The translations under genes were made by a program, and so were the position numbers. Of a stretch of 64,000 bases of DNA, positions 1 through 12,269 are shown in pieces. Within the stretch, counting starts at the first letter, position 1; each line of letters starts with the position of its first letter. Source of the stretch: Eutreptiella sp. 'Long Island Sound 2002' (taxonomy: Eukaryota > Protista > Euglenida); NCBI GenBank assembly GCA_964036045.1, contig OZ038378.1:180978001-181042000 (forward strand), in the 5' to 3' direction. The notes under the pieces were generated by a model. It did no database searches and was not told the DNA's origin. It was given only the letters and a program-made list of their open reading frames with translations.

Positions 1-1
1 G

Positions 2-187
2 CACAACTGCTGGGGCATTCTCTGGGCCCCAATTACAGGCCTCGCCATGGCCGAGCTCATTGCCGACGGCCGGAGCACGACCGTCGACCTGTACCCCTTC
101 CGACCGGAGAGGTTTGGCCGCCCGCAGCCGCGGCCCGGGGCGCGGGGTCGGCAGCAGGGATCAGCAAGTGTGGGTGAGCAGTGGTGA
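2..187 (+). CDS. 3' end of FAD-dependent oxidoreductase (DAO / glycine-oxidase family); gene starts upstream of the window
   Basis: Frame 2 reads HNCWGILWAPITGLAMAELIADGRSTTVDLYPFRPERF...W*. This matches the C-terminal GH..G...AP.TG..mAelI...DL.pF.p.RF motif of DAO-family flavoproteins. Stop TGA at 185-187. Confidence 0.85.
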   Translation, partial: HNCWGILWAPITGLAMAELIADGRSTTVDLYPFRPERFGRPQPRPGARGRQQGSASVGEQW

Positions 188-2520
188 ACACGGAGTGCCC
201 TCTCAGCACGTGTAGCACCATTTGCTTGCAACACGGATGCCAGGGGGGTTCAGCAGGCTCGTGAAGGAGAGCAAGGAGAACGCAGTGGGGCCCATGAAAC
301 TGACGTCAACATCTGCAGATTGGGTTTGTCCTGCAAGTCAAAGGGGTGTGGCCGCACTGGAAGGAGCTGATGGCAGCACTGGGCGCGCAACGGCAGCACT
401 TTCAGAGGGGTAACGGGGCCTCCGGTGGGCCGGTGGTGCAGCGGTTGCAGGTGGAAGCTTCTGCTGACGAAGTGTCGGTATTGAGGTCATGTCGCCTGAC
501 ATCCGATCTTCCCCCAGTCACCGCCCCGTGGCCCGTGAATCCGACTGGAGAACATCTGTGATGGCACGAAACCTGAGTTTTGGTCAGGGGGTTTTGGAGG
601 AGTCCAGTCGGTGCCTGCGAGTTCGTGCGTCAGAGTCCACGCGTGCCGTGGTTCTCACGCTTTGCAGGATTGTCATCTCCAAACCCTCAGTAACTCGGAG
701 TCCACTGACCAAGTGCTCACCGGAATTCGCTTCTCCAAACAAGAACGAACGCCACGAGGCGTTTTTGAGAGCCGCAAGATGAAGGGCGATCCTCAATGGC
801 CAGCTTCAAAGTTGATACCCGTGCCAGGTGCATCGAGGATTCGTGGATGGAGCCTGCGGCCTCCTGCACATCATAAGGCGAGCAATTTTTTTTTTGTACT
901 GCGTTGTGCTCAGCGTTTGCAATCCTTGAAACCAAGGTGGTATTGCCTGTGCCGGAGGCCGCGCTGTTTTCTCTGTATTGGTTAGGTGGCTAGCCCCAAC
1001 CGCTACCCCCAACGTCTGCCCGTGTTGACATATAGTCCGACAGCAGCTACCATCCAACAAAGGCTCGCGTCTTTCTCCGAGTCCAATGCTTACAGTGTTT
1101 GCTTCACCGACCGGGCGCTCTTGAAGCGTTTGCCTCTTAAGAGATGTGGCCGATACCGGACGGCATGCTCTGTGATATGGAATCGGAAGGGAGTCATGCT
1201 CGTGCTCAGTATGAGCCTTACAGCGAATTTCGGTTTGCACTGCAGGATCTTCGTGTCAGAACCAACGTGTGAGATGGGTTCGGGGTGTCTTTTGGCACCC
1301 TTGGACACCTTTTGCTGGACTACGGAAATAGCATCTTCCTCCTGGGTCATCGTGCTTGTTGCCGAGTGTTCGGTCAGAAGCGGTTGCAGGGAAGAGAGGA
1401 AGCCGCAAAGGACGTTGGGCATGTTTGGAAAATGCTCGCAGACACAATTTCCCTGTACACCCGAGCATTGTTTAGGCTGCCTGCTGTGTGATGGGTCTGT
1501 ATCCGCTGTAGTCTTTCCCCCAATGGCTGACTGCATGGAGGAGTGGATGCAGTGCTGAGCAGTGGGACAAACATTCTACCCTGACTCACAGACTGGCGCT
1601 TTTCCTCCTCCGTATATGCGTGTCTGTGTGTAGGGGGGGTTGGCAATGCCTGTTTTGACGGTTTTTGGTTTTTCGTCATGAGATTGATGGGGCGTGAAAT
1701 GAAACGACGTACCCCCCGTATTTTGGATATGGGGAATCCAAAAAGCAAGGTTGCACCCTTGGTCAAGATGGTGGCGAACTTGTGCAGTGTCGTTGAGTTG
1801 AGGGGAGCCACTTCGCACATGGTTTCTACACATCAAATGCAGCAAATCCACCCTAAATGATTTGACCTCCCACAATACGTTGAAATAGGGCTTGCAAGGT
1901 GGAGACGTCCCCTCTGGAGTCTCGGCAGCAGGCCTAATTTTAAAAGTTAGCCTCCGGTACCCAAAAAAAATGTGGTTTCGGGACCCCCGATGACGTATTT
2001 TGTTTCCGAAACCGCCATTTCTACCTCCAGATTTCAAAATACCCCCCCCGCCTGCCCCATCCTGAATGATATTTTTGAGAAAATAGCCGAAAACCAAAAA
2101 CGAAAACAACCTGCTTGGGCATTAGAATCACCCCCCCCAACCTCACCCCACGCAAATGCCCATATACAACATCGACCTCCATCAATAAATGCAGGTCACA
2201 CGAACGTCAAAACTGACACCTATTGTACGATACCGTAAGCAACATCAGGACGTGCTGTGTCGCACCCCCCATGAACGTTTCATTTTGGAATATAATCCCC
2301 TGATGGACACTGAGAGTGAGAGTACGTTAGCGCGCCGGGCGCGCTGGGCAAACTTTCCCCTTATTTTCCCCCAGTTCCCACCATTTTCCGCATTTTTTGT
2401 CCCCATGTTGGGGACACGTTGTTGTTTGAAAACAGATATTTTGATGCTTCTTTCGCATTGGGGGTATGGTATATTTGGATTTTCACCCCTTTTCACGCAT
2501 TTTTTGCTCATTTCCACCAC

Positions 2521-3965
2521 AGGGGTGATGTAGCCAATTTTTTTCTATCCTCCCCACTGTGGGGACCCCGAGAAGGCACGGGTGATGTAGCCACATTGAT
2601 CTTTCCCCACTATGGGGACCCTGGGAAGGCAGGGGTGATGTAGCCATATTGATCTTTCCCCACTATGGGGACCCAGGAAGGCAGGGGTGGTGTGGCCATA
2701 TTGATCTTTCCCCACAATGGGGACCCTGGGAAGGCAGGGGTGATGTAGCCATATTGATCTATCCCCACTATGGGGACCCCGAGAAGGCAGGGGTGATGTA
2801 GCCACATTGATCTTTCCCCACGATGGGGACCCCGGGAAGGCAGGGGTGATGTCACCATATTGATCTATTCCCACTATGGGGACCCCGGGAAGGCAGGGGT
2901 GATGTAGCCATATTGATCTATCCCCACTATGGGGACCCTGGGAAGGCAGGGGTGATGTAGCCATATTGATCTTTCCCCACTATGGGGACCCCGGGAAGGC
3001 AGGGGTGATGTAGCTATATTGATCTATCCCCACTATGGGGACCCGGGAAGGCAGGGGTGATGTAGCCATATTGATCTATCCCCACTACGGGGACCCCGGG
3101 AAGGCAGGGGTGATGTAGCCACAGTGATCTTTCCCCACTATGGGGACCCCGGGAAGGCAGGGGTGATGTAGCCATATTGATCTTTCCCCACTATGGGGAC
3201 CCTGGGAAGGCAGGGGTGATGTAGCCATATTGATCTATCCCCACTATGACTATGGGGACCCGGGAAAGCAAGGGTGATGTGGCTATATTGATCTATCCCC
3301 ACTATGGGGACCCGAGAAGGTAGGGGTGATGTAGCCATATTGATCTATCCCCACTACGGGGACCCCGAGAAGGCAGGGGTGATGTAGCCATATTGATCTA
3401 TCCCCACTATGGGGACCCCGAGAAGGCAGGGGGTGTAGCCATATTGATCTATCCCCACGATGGGGACCCCGGGAAGGCAGGGGTGATGTAGCCATATTGA
3501 TCTATCCCCACTATGACTATGGGGACCCGGGAAAGCAAGGGTGATGTGGCTATATTGATCTATCCCCACTATGGGGACCCGAGAAGGTAGGGGTGATGTA
3601 GCCATATTGATCTATCCCCACTATGGGGACCCCGAGAAGGCAGGGGTGATGTAGCCATATTGATCTATCCCCACTATGGGGACCCCGAGAAGGCAGGGGG
3701 TGTAGCCATATTGATCTATCCCCACGATGGGGACCCCGGGAAGGCAGGGGTGATGTAGCCATATTGATCTATCCCCACTACGGGGACCCCGAGAAGGCAG
3801 GGGTGATGTAGCCATATTGATCTATCCCCACTATGGGGACCACGAGAAGGCAGGGGATGTAGCCACAGTGATCTTTCCCCATTATGGGGACCCCGAGAAG
3901 GCAAGGGTGTTGTAGCCATTTCACCCACATTTGGGCCCCCGGGACGGCAGGGGTGATGTAGCCAC
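2521..3965. repeat. 53-bp tandem minisatellite (~27 units) with a 267-bp higher-order duplication
   Basis: Unit GGGGTGATGTAGCCATATTGATCTATCCCCACTATGGGGACCCCGGGAAGGCA; period 53 (2881 vs 2934). A variant block recurs at 3246 and 3513. Related GGGTTATGTAGCCA motifs are dispersed at ~18140, 18985, 19400, 31575 and 44895. Confidence 0.95.
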
Positions 3966-4489
3966 GCTGAGTGACAAAGGAAGCCGGAGCATCTACGTTG
4001 ATCGCTTCTGGCGGCAAGTGCTAAGGAAGTACCTTTAGGGAACCCAAGGCCGTCCCGAGCTCTGCTTTGGTGGTTTCAGTACCTACGGGGAACCTAACCG
4101 TCCTTTGTCTTGGATGCAACCTTCCGGTGCTATTGAGGAAACCAGGCCAACCTTCGTTACGTTTTTACGTTGCATTGCGTTGCGTTGCCAATTGTGTGCT
4201 ATAAGTGATGCAAGGGACGGTTCACGTGCTTGCACATGTGTTAGAAAAAGGGTGCCCCAAGCTTGGTGTGACGCTGATACCTTGTTGGGGTGCTCTCTAT
4301 GGGGCTTCTATTTGTTTGTTCCCATTTTAGACACCACAACATGTTTCCAGCGCAGAGCACCGTGCATTACACACGGTCCACGGGTGAAATTGTCATCGCA
4401 GAGGTCGTGGGGCTTTCTCCATACGGTGACAAATTTCCTACCATCACCTACAATCGGCATCGTCAACCTATCACGAACAACCAGGCCTG

Positions 4490-5107
4490 ATGTGGCAAGA
4501 GCAACATGGTCGCTCACGGTCTCCATCTGCGCTACGGAGTCCCTCCTCGGCCTTGAGAGAAAATGGTCGTTGTTCACGTGAACACTCCCCATCCACATCC
4601 CCATCTGTGGGAAGACGGAGCCAGGCACCTTCACGGCAAGATGATGGTCGTCGCTCACGTGGGCGCTCCCCCTCCACATCCCCATCTGTGGGAAGACGGA
4701 GCCGGGCACCCTCACACTCCCCATCACACATGCCCCGCCTACGCTCGCCATCCCTTGAGGACGAGGTACACGCGGCCTGTCCCCAAGGCTCAGTCCGCCA
4801 TAGCCGCTCTCCATCACTGAAGTTTGCTTCACGGTCAAGCTCACCCAAGTCCCCCAAGCACTGTGCAACAAAGACTTCACAACAATCCCGTACAAAGGGC
4901 AAGGCCATCCGGGAGGAGGCGAAAAAGCTTCGGATTGAGTTGTCCGTGGCAGAGTGGGACGAAGTGGTAGCTTGGCTTCGTGATAGGCATGCAATTTCGG
5001 CAAAAATGAATGGAATGAAGCGGCATGGCGGTTTTCGCCCCACTTTGGGATATGTGATCCTCGTGATGTCCAGTTTGCTGCATATCACCGGAAATTTCAA
5101 CATTTAG
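4490..5107 (+). other. Ser/Arg-rich ORF with an internal ~66-bp duplication; possible accessory ORF of the adjacent transposon
   Basis: 205-aa ORF directly upstream of, and co-oriented with, the transposase. No recognisable domain. Confidence 0.25.
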
Positions 5108-5335
5108 CGGAGACACAATCCAAGAAGCGGCAGGGTGCATTCAAGGCCGGAGGTGCGCATCGTATCCGTCAAACAAAGATTCCGGTAGGCAGTGGTACCC
5201 TTCATGCCACCCCCATTTTGCGCTAAATGGATTTCATCAACAGTAAGATTGTGGATTTGAACAAAAGGGAGATTGCTTTCATGGATCAATCAAGGCAAAA
5301 AGCCCCTGTTTCCGAAGCCCTCAAGGATATAGCTG

Positions 5336-6949
5336 TTGAAACAATGTGGTCCTTTGGAGAGAACTGTATTTATGCAAAGGTTCAAAGCCACCCACATTGA
5401 CTTTTGGGCAAAGCACCATCCCCGTTATTCGGACACCGAATTCCGGGTTCCGGAGGTTGTCCGGTGTATCCTTTGGTTTGGAAAAGTTAAACAAATAGAA
5501 GGAGGCACGGTGGCCCCGATTGCCTTCTATGGAGAAATCATACAACTGCGTACGAACCGTAATCTTGATCTTCAAAAAAAGGCCAAGAAGCGCAGCTCGT
5601 CAGCCCCCCATCCTCCCGCCAAAGGGCAACACATCATTAATAGTATGTTCAGGCCGTTCGCAACTTCTACTTCTAATTCCAATTCTAGTTCCGATTCCAA
5701 TTCTAGTTCCAGCTCCACCCTCCCACCCAAACCGCAACCACAACCTCAAGACCAGCCCGCCCCCAAACCTAAGCCCAAACCCCAACCGAAACAACAACCC
5801 AAACCCCAACCACAACCCCAAGAAAAACCGGGGCCAAAACCCAACCCCAAACCCCAACCCAAACCACAACCCAAACCCGCCGCAGAAAGGGAGTATATCG
5901 AGGAGGAATGTAGACAACAACAAGAAAAAACCGAAAAGGAGATCTTGGAGTATTTGTTGGCTGTCAATGGCAAAATGGCCCATCCTCTACATCCTAAATA
6001 CGGGAATGATGAGGAAGGGGTTGGTTGGTGGCTGAAGCGGTGCAAATCGACCAGCTTGCGCATACAAACTGCACGGATGGGTGCAGATGCATACATGATG
6101 GAAGAATTTTGGATGAAGTATGGCCACCCAGAGTTTTTGGATAGGGAATCTATGTATCCTTTCTTCTTTTGCATGAAGCACACTCCAGCGTCAGATTGCG
6201 GTGCATATAACCATTGTCCCCGTTTCCTTTTCTTCATGACTCATTTCATAGATAGCATGCCTATTGGCTCCATTGGAGAGATTTTCTTAGCTGACCCCTG
6301 GAACCCGAAATATGCATCCCATATTTATAAGGTGACGGTCACAGTTGACAAGTTGGGTGATATTGTGTGGATATGCCCGTTGGCACCTGGGACTTCAACA
6401 GATGTGCTCATATGGGATGGTTATGGTCCGTCACACACAAGAGGATAATTCTTTGATTTTGAGGTGGGCGGCCATGATGGGGCCTACAAGGGCAGGGTGC
6501 ATGTGATAGTCCCATTTGTTGGGCGAAAAAATGGGAATTTGAGTGACCGCCAACGGTCATACAATGATGTGCTGGTATAGGGCAAGGATTGAACAGTTGT
6601 TTTGCCATTTGTTGCATTGGGGTTGCTGAGGAACGTTTGGCGTGGCAGTGCAGTTCAGTTGCACCAAAGTGTGCGCGTGTTGTTGCATTTCACACATTTT
6701 TACATTAGGAGGCAAGTACAGTATAAGCGTTATGGTCCACGGGACCATGTGGCGCCGCATGTTTGGGCCGTTGTTGATGACCCAAGCACTGCCTCACGAG
6801 ATGATTGTGATGAAGATAATGAAGACGTTTGTGCTTTGTGTTGTCGCAAACGCACCACCACAATTTGTGGGCAGTGCAATCAGAGGTGTTGCGCTGAGTG
6901 TATTGACCCTCACACTTGTGGGGATGAAGTTGTGCATGGTGCACCGTAA
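5336..6949 (+). pseudogene. Decayed PIF/Harbinger-ISL2EU-like (DDE_Tnp_4-type) transposase with C-terminal Cys-rich finger
   Basis: Motifs in order: HFIDSMPI (D, 6251); KVTVTVDKLGDIVWICPLAPGTSTDVLIW; in-frame TAA at 6446; GGHDGAYKG (D, 6476); VIVPF...LSDRQRSYND; after a frameshift WYRARIEQLF (E, 6591); then CALC..CGQC..CCAEC..H.C before the stop at 6949. Confidence 0.8.
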
Positions 6950-8345
6950 TTTTGCACTGTTTCTTTACATCTGTGACCTTCCCATGTTACAATACACCCT
7001 ATATTATTTCCTTGGAACACATTCCTTGGCAAGCATTACGGTTGTGCAATAACGATGCATGAAAGGTTCCTTGTTCACTTGCAATTGTGCTTTGTGGTGT
7101 CATTCGTGCCCAGGGTTCCTGGGTTGGAGGAGTGCTATCTAGTGGTAAAGCATGGGGATGGACAACCGGGACATTGATTTGGATGCTGGGTGTGCCGGGC
7201 GCGTGCCAGGCAAACGTACCCTCAGTGTGTAGTCCACCACATTGTGCACAAATTGGACATTCAACCATGTACGTAGGTCATGGGTGAGGGTAAGCATCTG
7301 GGAGGTTGCTAAAAATTTTGCTGTGCAGCAGTTCAAACTCATCCTTTTTTGCAGCTCCCTAGAACACGTCCATTTGTCCATTTATCCAATATGCTGAATG
7401 CATTTGACTAATTGATCCCTACAAGATTTTTTGCAAAATGCGTAGATGAGCATCTTGGCTCATAGTAGAACTTGTGCTTAAACATTATGGAATGGGATTT
7501 GGGCTGAGGGTTGGCATGGGGGTACTTTGGGGAAGAGTGGCACAAAGCCGGATAGAAGGGGAGGGGTTTGAAAATGGGGCTCTCAGGTTGGGTGCGTTAT
7601 GAAGGCCATGGCATGTGTGCCCTTGTCTAATCCATAGCAATCCATAATGACAATTACAATGCTCGGGGTCATGAAGTGCACTTGCTTGGGACTTGCCCGG
7701 ACTTGGCTTTCCCCACTGCCCAAAAACGTTGCCACTGCACGAGTGGTCACACCCCGGACAATGCTATTTGGTTATGTGGGGCCCACTAGGCAACTCACTT
7801 CCCGAGGTAGGGGGCATATGCAATAGCCAATGTCCGTCTACACCTCTTGCTCACTTCATGGATGGCAAATGCGACACACCCTCTCCTTGGGGGCAAAAGA
7901 CTACCTTAGTGTATCCATCTGTCCATCCAAAGGCATCCCAGTCAGTTTGATTGCAAAAAAAATTTAGTTCCGCTGAATTTGGAGGGCATAAGGAAGGACC
8001 GGGAGGGAGCGGGGCTCGGAGAGACTAACAACACATATGCAATGACCCCAATGAAAAGTTTGTTTCATAAACGTTGGTAGGACACCAACTACCCCCCCCC
8101 CCCCCCGCCCTCCCCTAGGGGGCCTCCAGCCAACAGTTATTTGCAAAGGTGCCGGCCACAGGATTCCGTGGGCGCCAAAGGTGCCCGACGCTCCACGGGC
8201 ACCAAAGGCGCCTGAAGGAAATTTTGTCCATTGTGCACCCCAACATGATCCTTCAACCCAGCCTTGACCCTAACACCCACCCCAACCCTAAGCCTAGTTG
8301 TGCCCCTACCCGGACCCCTCACCCTAACCCTCACCCTAACCGTGA

Positions 8346-11300
8346 CAAGGATTGAATATTGGGACCGAGTTGGTGGGGTAAGGAACACACACTGGAAAGT
8401 GGATGAGAGGGGCTCATACGGGGCTCAAAATGAGCTGTATTCATCCGTTTGGGCACCACAACTGGACTAGGATCATTTTTTGGAAAACCATGGTCTTGAC
8501 CCGTTTTTGAGCCATTTGTGGTCCCAAATTGGCCCATTTTCAAGGCCCTTTCGGCCTTGAGAGGGGCCAATATTGCTGAACATGGGCTCAAAATGGGCTC
8601 ATTCCACTTGTTTGTGGACCCCAAATAGCCCAAAAGTATTGTTGGAAAAACGCGTTTTTGGTCCATTTTTGACTGACGTTTGGTCTCAAAACAGTCCATT
8701 TTCAAGGCATTTTGTGAGTTTTGAGTGGCCAAAATGGCTTGCCATGGGCTCAAAAAGGGCTCATTTCACTTGGTTGTGCACCCCAAATGGTCTAGAATCA
8801 ATTTTTCGGGTAAACATGAATCCATTTTTGACCCAGTTTTGGTTGCGAAACAACCCATTTTGAAGGCATTTTGTGACTTTGGAGGGGCCAAAATGGCTTA
8901 CAATGGGCTCAAAAAGGGCTCATTTCACTTGTTTAGGCACCCCAAATGGTCGAGGATCAATTTTGAAAAAACACATTTTTAACCCATTTTTGACCCACTT
9001 TTTGTACCAAAACAGCCCATTTTCAAGGCCAAAACGGGCCACCACGAGCTCAAAACGCGACAAAAATACTTTCCATGTGGTCCATGATCATTTTTGAAAA
9101 AAGTCATTTTTTCTTGCACCCGGTGGACCTTGTTGACCCATTTGGGCACCCACCTCTTTGGGCTACCTCTTGCAGCTTGCCGCAGCCTACTGGGCCTTGG
9201 TACGGGGGTCTAGGCGTCGGTTAGGGCAATTTTGAGGGGTGGAAACCACCAAAAGTGGGTGGTTGCGGGTGGATTAGGTGCGCTCGAAATCGCATTTTGA
9301 GCCACGTAGCCCAAGATATGGTTTGTTCACCGAGTTGGTGGAACCAATTTTGGTTTTATAACTCTCTTTAGTGTCTAAGGTGGACCTAACAGGTTTGGCA
9401 AGCAAGCAGCAAGCAGCAAGCAAGCAAGCAAGCAGCAAGCATGCGCGAAACGGGGAAAATCACAGCTCCGTTGTGGTGCTTTGGATTCAGCCAAAATTTT
9501 GGTGGATGCTACCTATGTGTGTGAGGGACAACCTCACAAAGTATGAGCCACAAACTCAACGGTGGCGTCCGGGAACGGGCGTTGCAAGTGCCGGACCTCC
9601 ATTTCAAAATCTGCAATTTAGGGCCAAAAGCAGCCTTTTTTTTGCCCAATAGTGTCCTAGAATCTGCTGAAAACGGCCAAATGAAGGGACATAGTGGCTA
9701 CTCTACACATGCAGCTAGACTTCCCCATGCCGAAGGGCCCTCTAGGGCCCTCTAACTCCACAATATGTCCGCGAACTGCCCCCAAAAGCCCTCAAAAGCC
9801 CCAGAATTTGTGCACATTGGCCGCCGACAGCCCCAAACCAAAAACACACCATATCTTGGGCTATGTGGCTCAAAATGCGATTTCGAGAGCACCTAATCCA
9901 CCCGCAACCACCCACTTTTGGTGGTTTCCACCCCTCAAAATTTCCCTAACCGACGCCTGGACCCCCGTACCAAGGCCCAGTGGGCTGCGGCAAGCTGCAA
10001 GAGGTAGCCCAAAGAGGTGGGTGCCCAAATGGGTCAACAAGGTCCACCGGGTGCAAAAAAAAAAAGACTTTTTTCAAAAATGATCCTAGACCACATGGAA
10101 TGCCAAAAGAAGTGTTTTCAGCGCGTTTTGTGCTCGTTGTGGCCCGTTTTGGCCCTCCTAAAGTCCCAAAATGCCTTGAAAATGGGCTGTTTTGTGACAA
10201 AAAATGGGTCAAAAATGGTTCAAAAATGTGTTTTTCCAAAAGTGATCCCAGACCATTTGGGGTGCCTAAGCAAGTGAAATGAGTCCAATTTCAGCCCATT
10301 GCGGGCCATTTTGGCCCCTCCAAAGTCACAAAATGCCTTGAAAATGTCCGGCATTGTGGCATTTTTGCTTCCCTCTCCTTGTGTTCCTTGGATAGCAATG
10401 AAATGCCTCACTAGGACAAGCATATCAACAAAAAGTGTCACCATAATCCGAGCAATTAGAATTCTTTCGCTATGGTGCACTCCAAAGTCCACGATCGCTT
10501 GCAGCACTCTGTAGTTCATTTGCCATTCACCTATCATGCATCACTTTTTTCTGCAATAGTTCAATATTTTGGTACTTGGCTTTCGCTTCACCGCGATCCC
10601 ATTAATCATCACCAATTTTTGTTGCTCTCCCAATCTTCGGAATCCTTAATATTCAGTGTGCCTTTGCACTTCATCAATATCCCGCTCTAAACCGTGCGAG
10701 TAAACCGCACCTCAAAGACACAATCAAACGTTTTGCTCATTTCACCCCTTCTCTCGCCTATGAATGTTCTACGTGGGTTTTTCACATTCCAAATCCATGG
10801 TATCCTTAGTCTTCGCTGCTTTCTTACTCGTCCACTTCATCTCTATCCCACCATATTTGCTACACTTCATTGCAGAGTGGTCATGCGAGAAAGAAAAGGT
10901 ATCCAATGTACAACACAGCCTTCTGGTCATCAGCAAATATTGTGACTGTCTTTATGGGACTTGCTGCACTAAGGGTATGGAAGGGGTAGGGTATTGTGGG
11001 ATAGGTCACCCATGTAGTAACACTTCACCACATCTGATGACAACAATTGTCTTATGGTCTCAAGGCAAAGCAAAGTGACAAAGCAAAGTGCCTTCCCCAC
11101 CAGCTCGGTCCCAATATTCAGTCTTGATTTTGGTTTGGGGTTGTCAACAGCCAATGTGCACAAATTCTGGGGCTTTTGGGGGCTTTTTGGGGGCAGTTCG
11201 CGGACATATAGTGGAGTTAGAGGACCCTAGAGGGCCCTTCGGCATGGGGAAGTCTAGCTGCATGTGTAGAGTAGCCACTATGTCCCTTCATTTGGCCGTT

Positions 11301-11640
11301 TCCAGCAGATTCTAGGACAGTTTTTGGGCAAAAAAAAGGCTGCTTTTGGCCCTAAATTGCAGATTTTGAAATGGAGGTTCGGCACTTGCAACGCCCGTTC
11401 CCGGACGCCACAGTTGAGTTTGTGGCTCATACTTTGTGAGGTTGTCCCTCACACCCATAGGTAGCATCCACCAAAATTTTGGCTGAATCCAAAGCACCAC
11501 AACGGAGCTGTGATTTTCCCCATTTCGCGCATGCTTGCTGCTTGCTTGCTTGCTGCTTGCTTGCTTGCCAAACCTGTTAGGTCCACCTTAGACACTAAAG
11601 AGAGTTATAAAACCAAGATTGGTTCCACTAGCTCGGTGAC
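8346..11640 (+). mobile_element. Element Z copy 1 (non-autonomous, asymmetric subterminal inverted repeats), interrupted by copy 2
   Basis: Begins CAAGGATTGAATATTGGG-ACCGAGTTGGTGG (8364-8376) and ends CCACTAGCTCGGT-GAC (11625-11640). Segments 8346-9325 plus 11127-11640 are colinear with copy 3. Confidence 0.75.
9326..11126 (-). mobile_element. Element Z copy 2, inverted and nested in copy 1; its 5' part is replaced by ~755 bp of unique sequence
   Basis: Ends are TCACCGAGTTGGTGG (9327-9341) and CCACCAGCTCGGT-CCCAATATTCAGTCTTG (11097-11126). 9345-10335 is the reverse complement of ~12830-13835. 10337-11090 is unique in the window. No TSD. Confidence 0.75.
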
Positions 11641-12269
11641 CCTAGCCCCTGCCTGCACTTTCTGTCCATGTTACCAAAATAAAACCTCTCTGCACACTTG
11701 CATGAATTGTGGGCACATGTTGTCAGATTTCTGGTTGCACAATTGTGCAAAACTGTGCCAATTAGGCAAACCATGCTAGAGGCCCAATGATGCAAAATTA
11801 TGCCAAATTATGCATTTGCACGATCCCCCCCACTGCTACAAAACACATTGTGCCAATGTTGTGTTCATGTGATGCGTTGTGATCTCTATGTGAAAGAGAC
11901 ATTGCTTTGATGGTTGTGTGTGTGGTTCAGATTGAAAACACGATTTAATTCAATTTAATGCAAATCAGACTGCCAAACCGTCCCAATGGGGTGCCATCCA
12001 TTTCTTTTCTCACAAAGTTTCCATGTGGAGGTGCGACTCCTCGGTTGTGGACGCCAACTACCCCCCCACTAACCGCTGGACGGAGGCCCCCGGGGGGGGG
12101 GGGGGGGGGGATGGGGAGAGGCTTTTGGGGGTGGGGTTCTGGGAGGTCGGTTGGGGGGGGGGGGGCTCTAGGTGGGGCGATTTGGGGGGTACATGCCTCC
12201 AAGGCCAAGCGTTGGTCAATCACGGGCTCCCCTTACCTCCCCTCCCTCTAAGCATACCATCACCCTAAC

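Noticed and set aside
584-1540. Possible Helitron N-terminal Zn-binding motif on the minus strand (DCKR*AQ...*CAGGRRLHPRILDAP)
   Set aside because: Two stops, weak similarity, and no downstream Rep or helicase motifs.
2521-3965. CRISPR-like array of palindromic repeats
   Set aside because: Units are contiguous near-identical monomers with no unique spacers, there are no cas genes, and the context is eukaryotic.
10900-10970. TIFADD on the minus strand as an RT catalytic motif
   Set aside because: Isolated hexapeptide without other RT domains.
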